Shown one piece after another: positions 62,259 to 64,000 of a DNA stretch of 64,000 bases (position 1 is the stretch's first letter; every line of letters begins with the position of its first letter). The stretch is from an uncultured Chloroflexia bacterium. Lineage in GTDB: Bacteria > Chloroflexota > Limnocylindria > Limnocylindrales > CSP1-4. Position numbers and translations under genes: made by a program. The stretch lies in assembly GCA_963813335.1 (NCBI GenBank), contig CAWEYL010000007.1, forward strand, positions 15,447 through 79,446, in the 5' to 3' direction. A model generated the notes under the pieces. It did no database searches, was not told the origin of the DNA, and was given only the letters and a program-made list of their open reading frames with translations.

Positions 62259-63360
62259 GCCGCAGCGATCACATGCCATGACGGGCGACACGCCAGCCGC
62301 TGCGAACACCCGCACCGGGGAGCGCATCCTCGTGCTGCGCTATCGCTTCATCGGCGACACGCTGCTGACCGTGCCGTTCCTGCGCAACTTGCGCCGCGCC
62401 AAACCCGATGCGCGCATCGTCTGGGTGGTGGCGTCGGGTTCGGCCGACGTGGTGGCGAGCATCCCCTACGTCGATGAACTGCTGCATTGGGACCCGGTGA
62501 CGCGCCACGCCGAAAGCCGCGGCACCCACAAGACCTGGCGCGACAAGCTGGCCTTCGTGCGCGCGCTGCGGCAGCAGCGCTTCGATCGCGTGTATGTGCT
62601 CAAGCGCTCGCTGACCAGCGCGTTGATCGGATGGCTGAGCGGCGCGCCGCGGCGCATCGGCTTCACCACAGAAGGGCGCGGCCTGCTGTTGACCACGCGC
62701 GTGCCCTATCGGCACGACCAGCACGAGGTGCAGAACTTTCTCGACGTGCTGCGCGCCGACGGCGTGGCGGTGCATGACGATCACCTCGAGGCCTGGCTCA
62801 CCGCGGGCGAGCGGCTGTTCGCCAGCACCTTTCTGCATCGGCACGGCGTGGGGCCAGCCGACCGCCTGATCGCGATCCATCCTTTTGCCACCAACAAGCC
62901 GCGCGCCTGGCATGACGACAACTTCGTGGCGCTGGCCAACCGGCTGCAGGCCGAGCACGGCGGCCGCGTGATCGTGTTCGGCGGGCCGGGCGACGTGGCC
63001 GATGCGCAAGTGCTGCGCGAGCACATCAAGCCCGAGCCGATCATGGCGGTGGGCAACACCACGCTGCGCCAGACCATGGCGCTGCTCGAGCGCTGCGAGC
63101 TGCTGGTGTGCAACGACAGCGGCATCATGCACCTCGGTGCCGCGCTGCGCCGTCCGCTGGTGGCGCTGTTCGGCCCGCAGTCGCCGGTGAAGTTCGGCCC
63201 CTGGGGCGAGCGCAGCTCGGTGGTCTACAAGCGCTTGCCGTGCAGCCCGTGCCGGCAGAAGTTCTGGCACGAGTGCGAGCCGTCGGCCCGCGGCAAGCCG
63301 GCGTGCATGGAGACCATCAGCGTGCCCGACGTGATCGCCGCCATTGCTGCGGCACGCTGA
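62248..63360 (+). CDS. Glycosyltransferase family 9 (LPS heptosyltransferase-like)
   Basis: ILVLR..FIGDTLLTVP, IHPFA, CNDSGIMHLGAAL..P.VALFGP, CSPC. Confidence 0.9.
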   Translation: MTVEPQRSHAMTGDTPAAANTRTGERILVLRYRFIGDTLLTVPFLRNLRRAKPDARIVWVVASGSADVVASIPYVDELLHWDPVTRHAESRGTHKTWRDKLAFVRALRQQRFDRVYVLKRSLTSALIGWLSGAPRRIGFTTEGRGLLLTTRVPYRHDQHEVQNFLDVLRADGVAVHDDHLEAWLTAGERLFASTFLHRHGVGPADRLIAIHPFATNKPRAWHDDNFVALANRLQAEHGGRVIVFGGPGDVADAQVLREHIKPEPIMAVGNTTLRQTMALLERCELLVCNDSGIMHLGAALRRPLVALFGPQSPVKFGPWGERSSVVYKRLPCSPCRQKFWHECEPSARGKPACMETISVPDVIAAIAAAR

Positions 63361-63383
63361 AGCATCAACCGCTGGGGAGCCGC

Positions 63384-64000
63384 ATGCCGACCCTACGAAC
63401 CGACGACGGCGTCAACCTGTTTTATGAGGAGGTCGGCAGCGGCACGCCGATCGTGTTCGTGCACGAGTTCGCCGGCGACCACCGCAGCTGGGAGCCGCAG
63501 CTGCGGCACTTCTCGCGCACCCATCGCTGCGTCGCGTACAACGCGCGCGGCTATCCGCCAAGCGACGTGCCCGAGGGCGCTGCGCGCTACGTGCAGGAGC
63601 GCCAGCGCGACGATTTGGTTGCGGTGCTCAATGGCCTGGACCTGCGCCAGGGCCCACGTCGTGGGCTGCTCGATGGGTGCGTTCGCCACCCTGCACTTCG
63701 GCATGCAGCACGCCACGCATGCCACGACGGCGCGCGCGCTGTCGCTGACCTTGGTCGGCGTCGGCTCGGGTGCGCACCCGGCGGTGTACGCGCGCTTCCA
63801 GCGCGAATGCGTGGAGCGCGCGGCCACGATCCGGCGCGACGGCATGGCGCAGTTGATGGCCACCTACGGCCACGGCGCGTCGCGCATCCAGTACCTGAAC
63901 AAGGATGCGCGCGGTTTCGCCGAGTTCTCGGCGCAGCTGGCCGCCCATTCGGCCGTCGGCTCGGCCTACACGATGGAGGGCTACCAGGGCCAACGGCCAT
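63384..64000 (+). CDS. Alpha/beta hydrolase, partial (+1 frameshift ~63651)
   Basis: LFYEEVGSGTPIVFVHEFAGD..YNARGYPPS, then AHVVGCSMG. Confidence 0.82.
   Translation, partial: MPTLRTDDGVNLFYEEVGSGTPIVFVHEFAGDHRSWEPQLRHFSRTHRCVAYNARGYPPSDVPEGAARYVQERQRDDLVAVLNGLDLRQGPRRGLLDGCVRHPALRHAARHACHDGARAVADLGRRRLGCAPGGVRALPARMRGARGHDPARRHGAVDGHLRPRRVAHPVPEQGCARFRRVLGAAGRPFGRRLGLHDGGLPGPTA

Overview
High-GC bacterial DNA. Positions 1 to ~59870 look like core chromosome of a monoderm bacterium, probably Chloroflexota (inferred from GAAC-N4-GTTC LexA boxes, a PASTA kinase, an LPxT-type sorting signal and gene style). This part carries rplY, a two-component system with htrA, folC-folP-folB, a PknB-like kinase, galU, tRNA-Glu, a GH13 enzyme, tdh-kbl, argS, a folate-linked histidine degradation pathway (hutH, hutU, hutI, formiminotransferase, cyclodeaminase, folD, fhs), dinB, rplI, lexA, dnaB and a large STAND-TPR-BTAD regulator. 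At ~59870 the sequence switches abruptly to an N-terminally truncated wHTH/NB-ARC regulator, a GT9 heptosyltransferase-like gene and a hydrolase of proteobacterial style, most likely a contig join or chimera. About 16 inferred single-base insertions break otherwise intact genes, including dnaB, and are best read as sequencing errors. The most interesting signals are non-coding: a candidate C-rich sRNA (~32740-32818), a dispersed palindromic element in two copies with compensatory base changes, a switch-like leader on an unknown HTH/membrane-protein operon, a small unknown gene with two LexA boxes, a GTAC motif cluster and pervasive leaderless promoters. No CRISPR array, rRNA, transposase or integrase was seen. 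No single new system can be established from the sequence alone.
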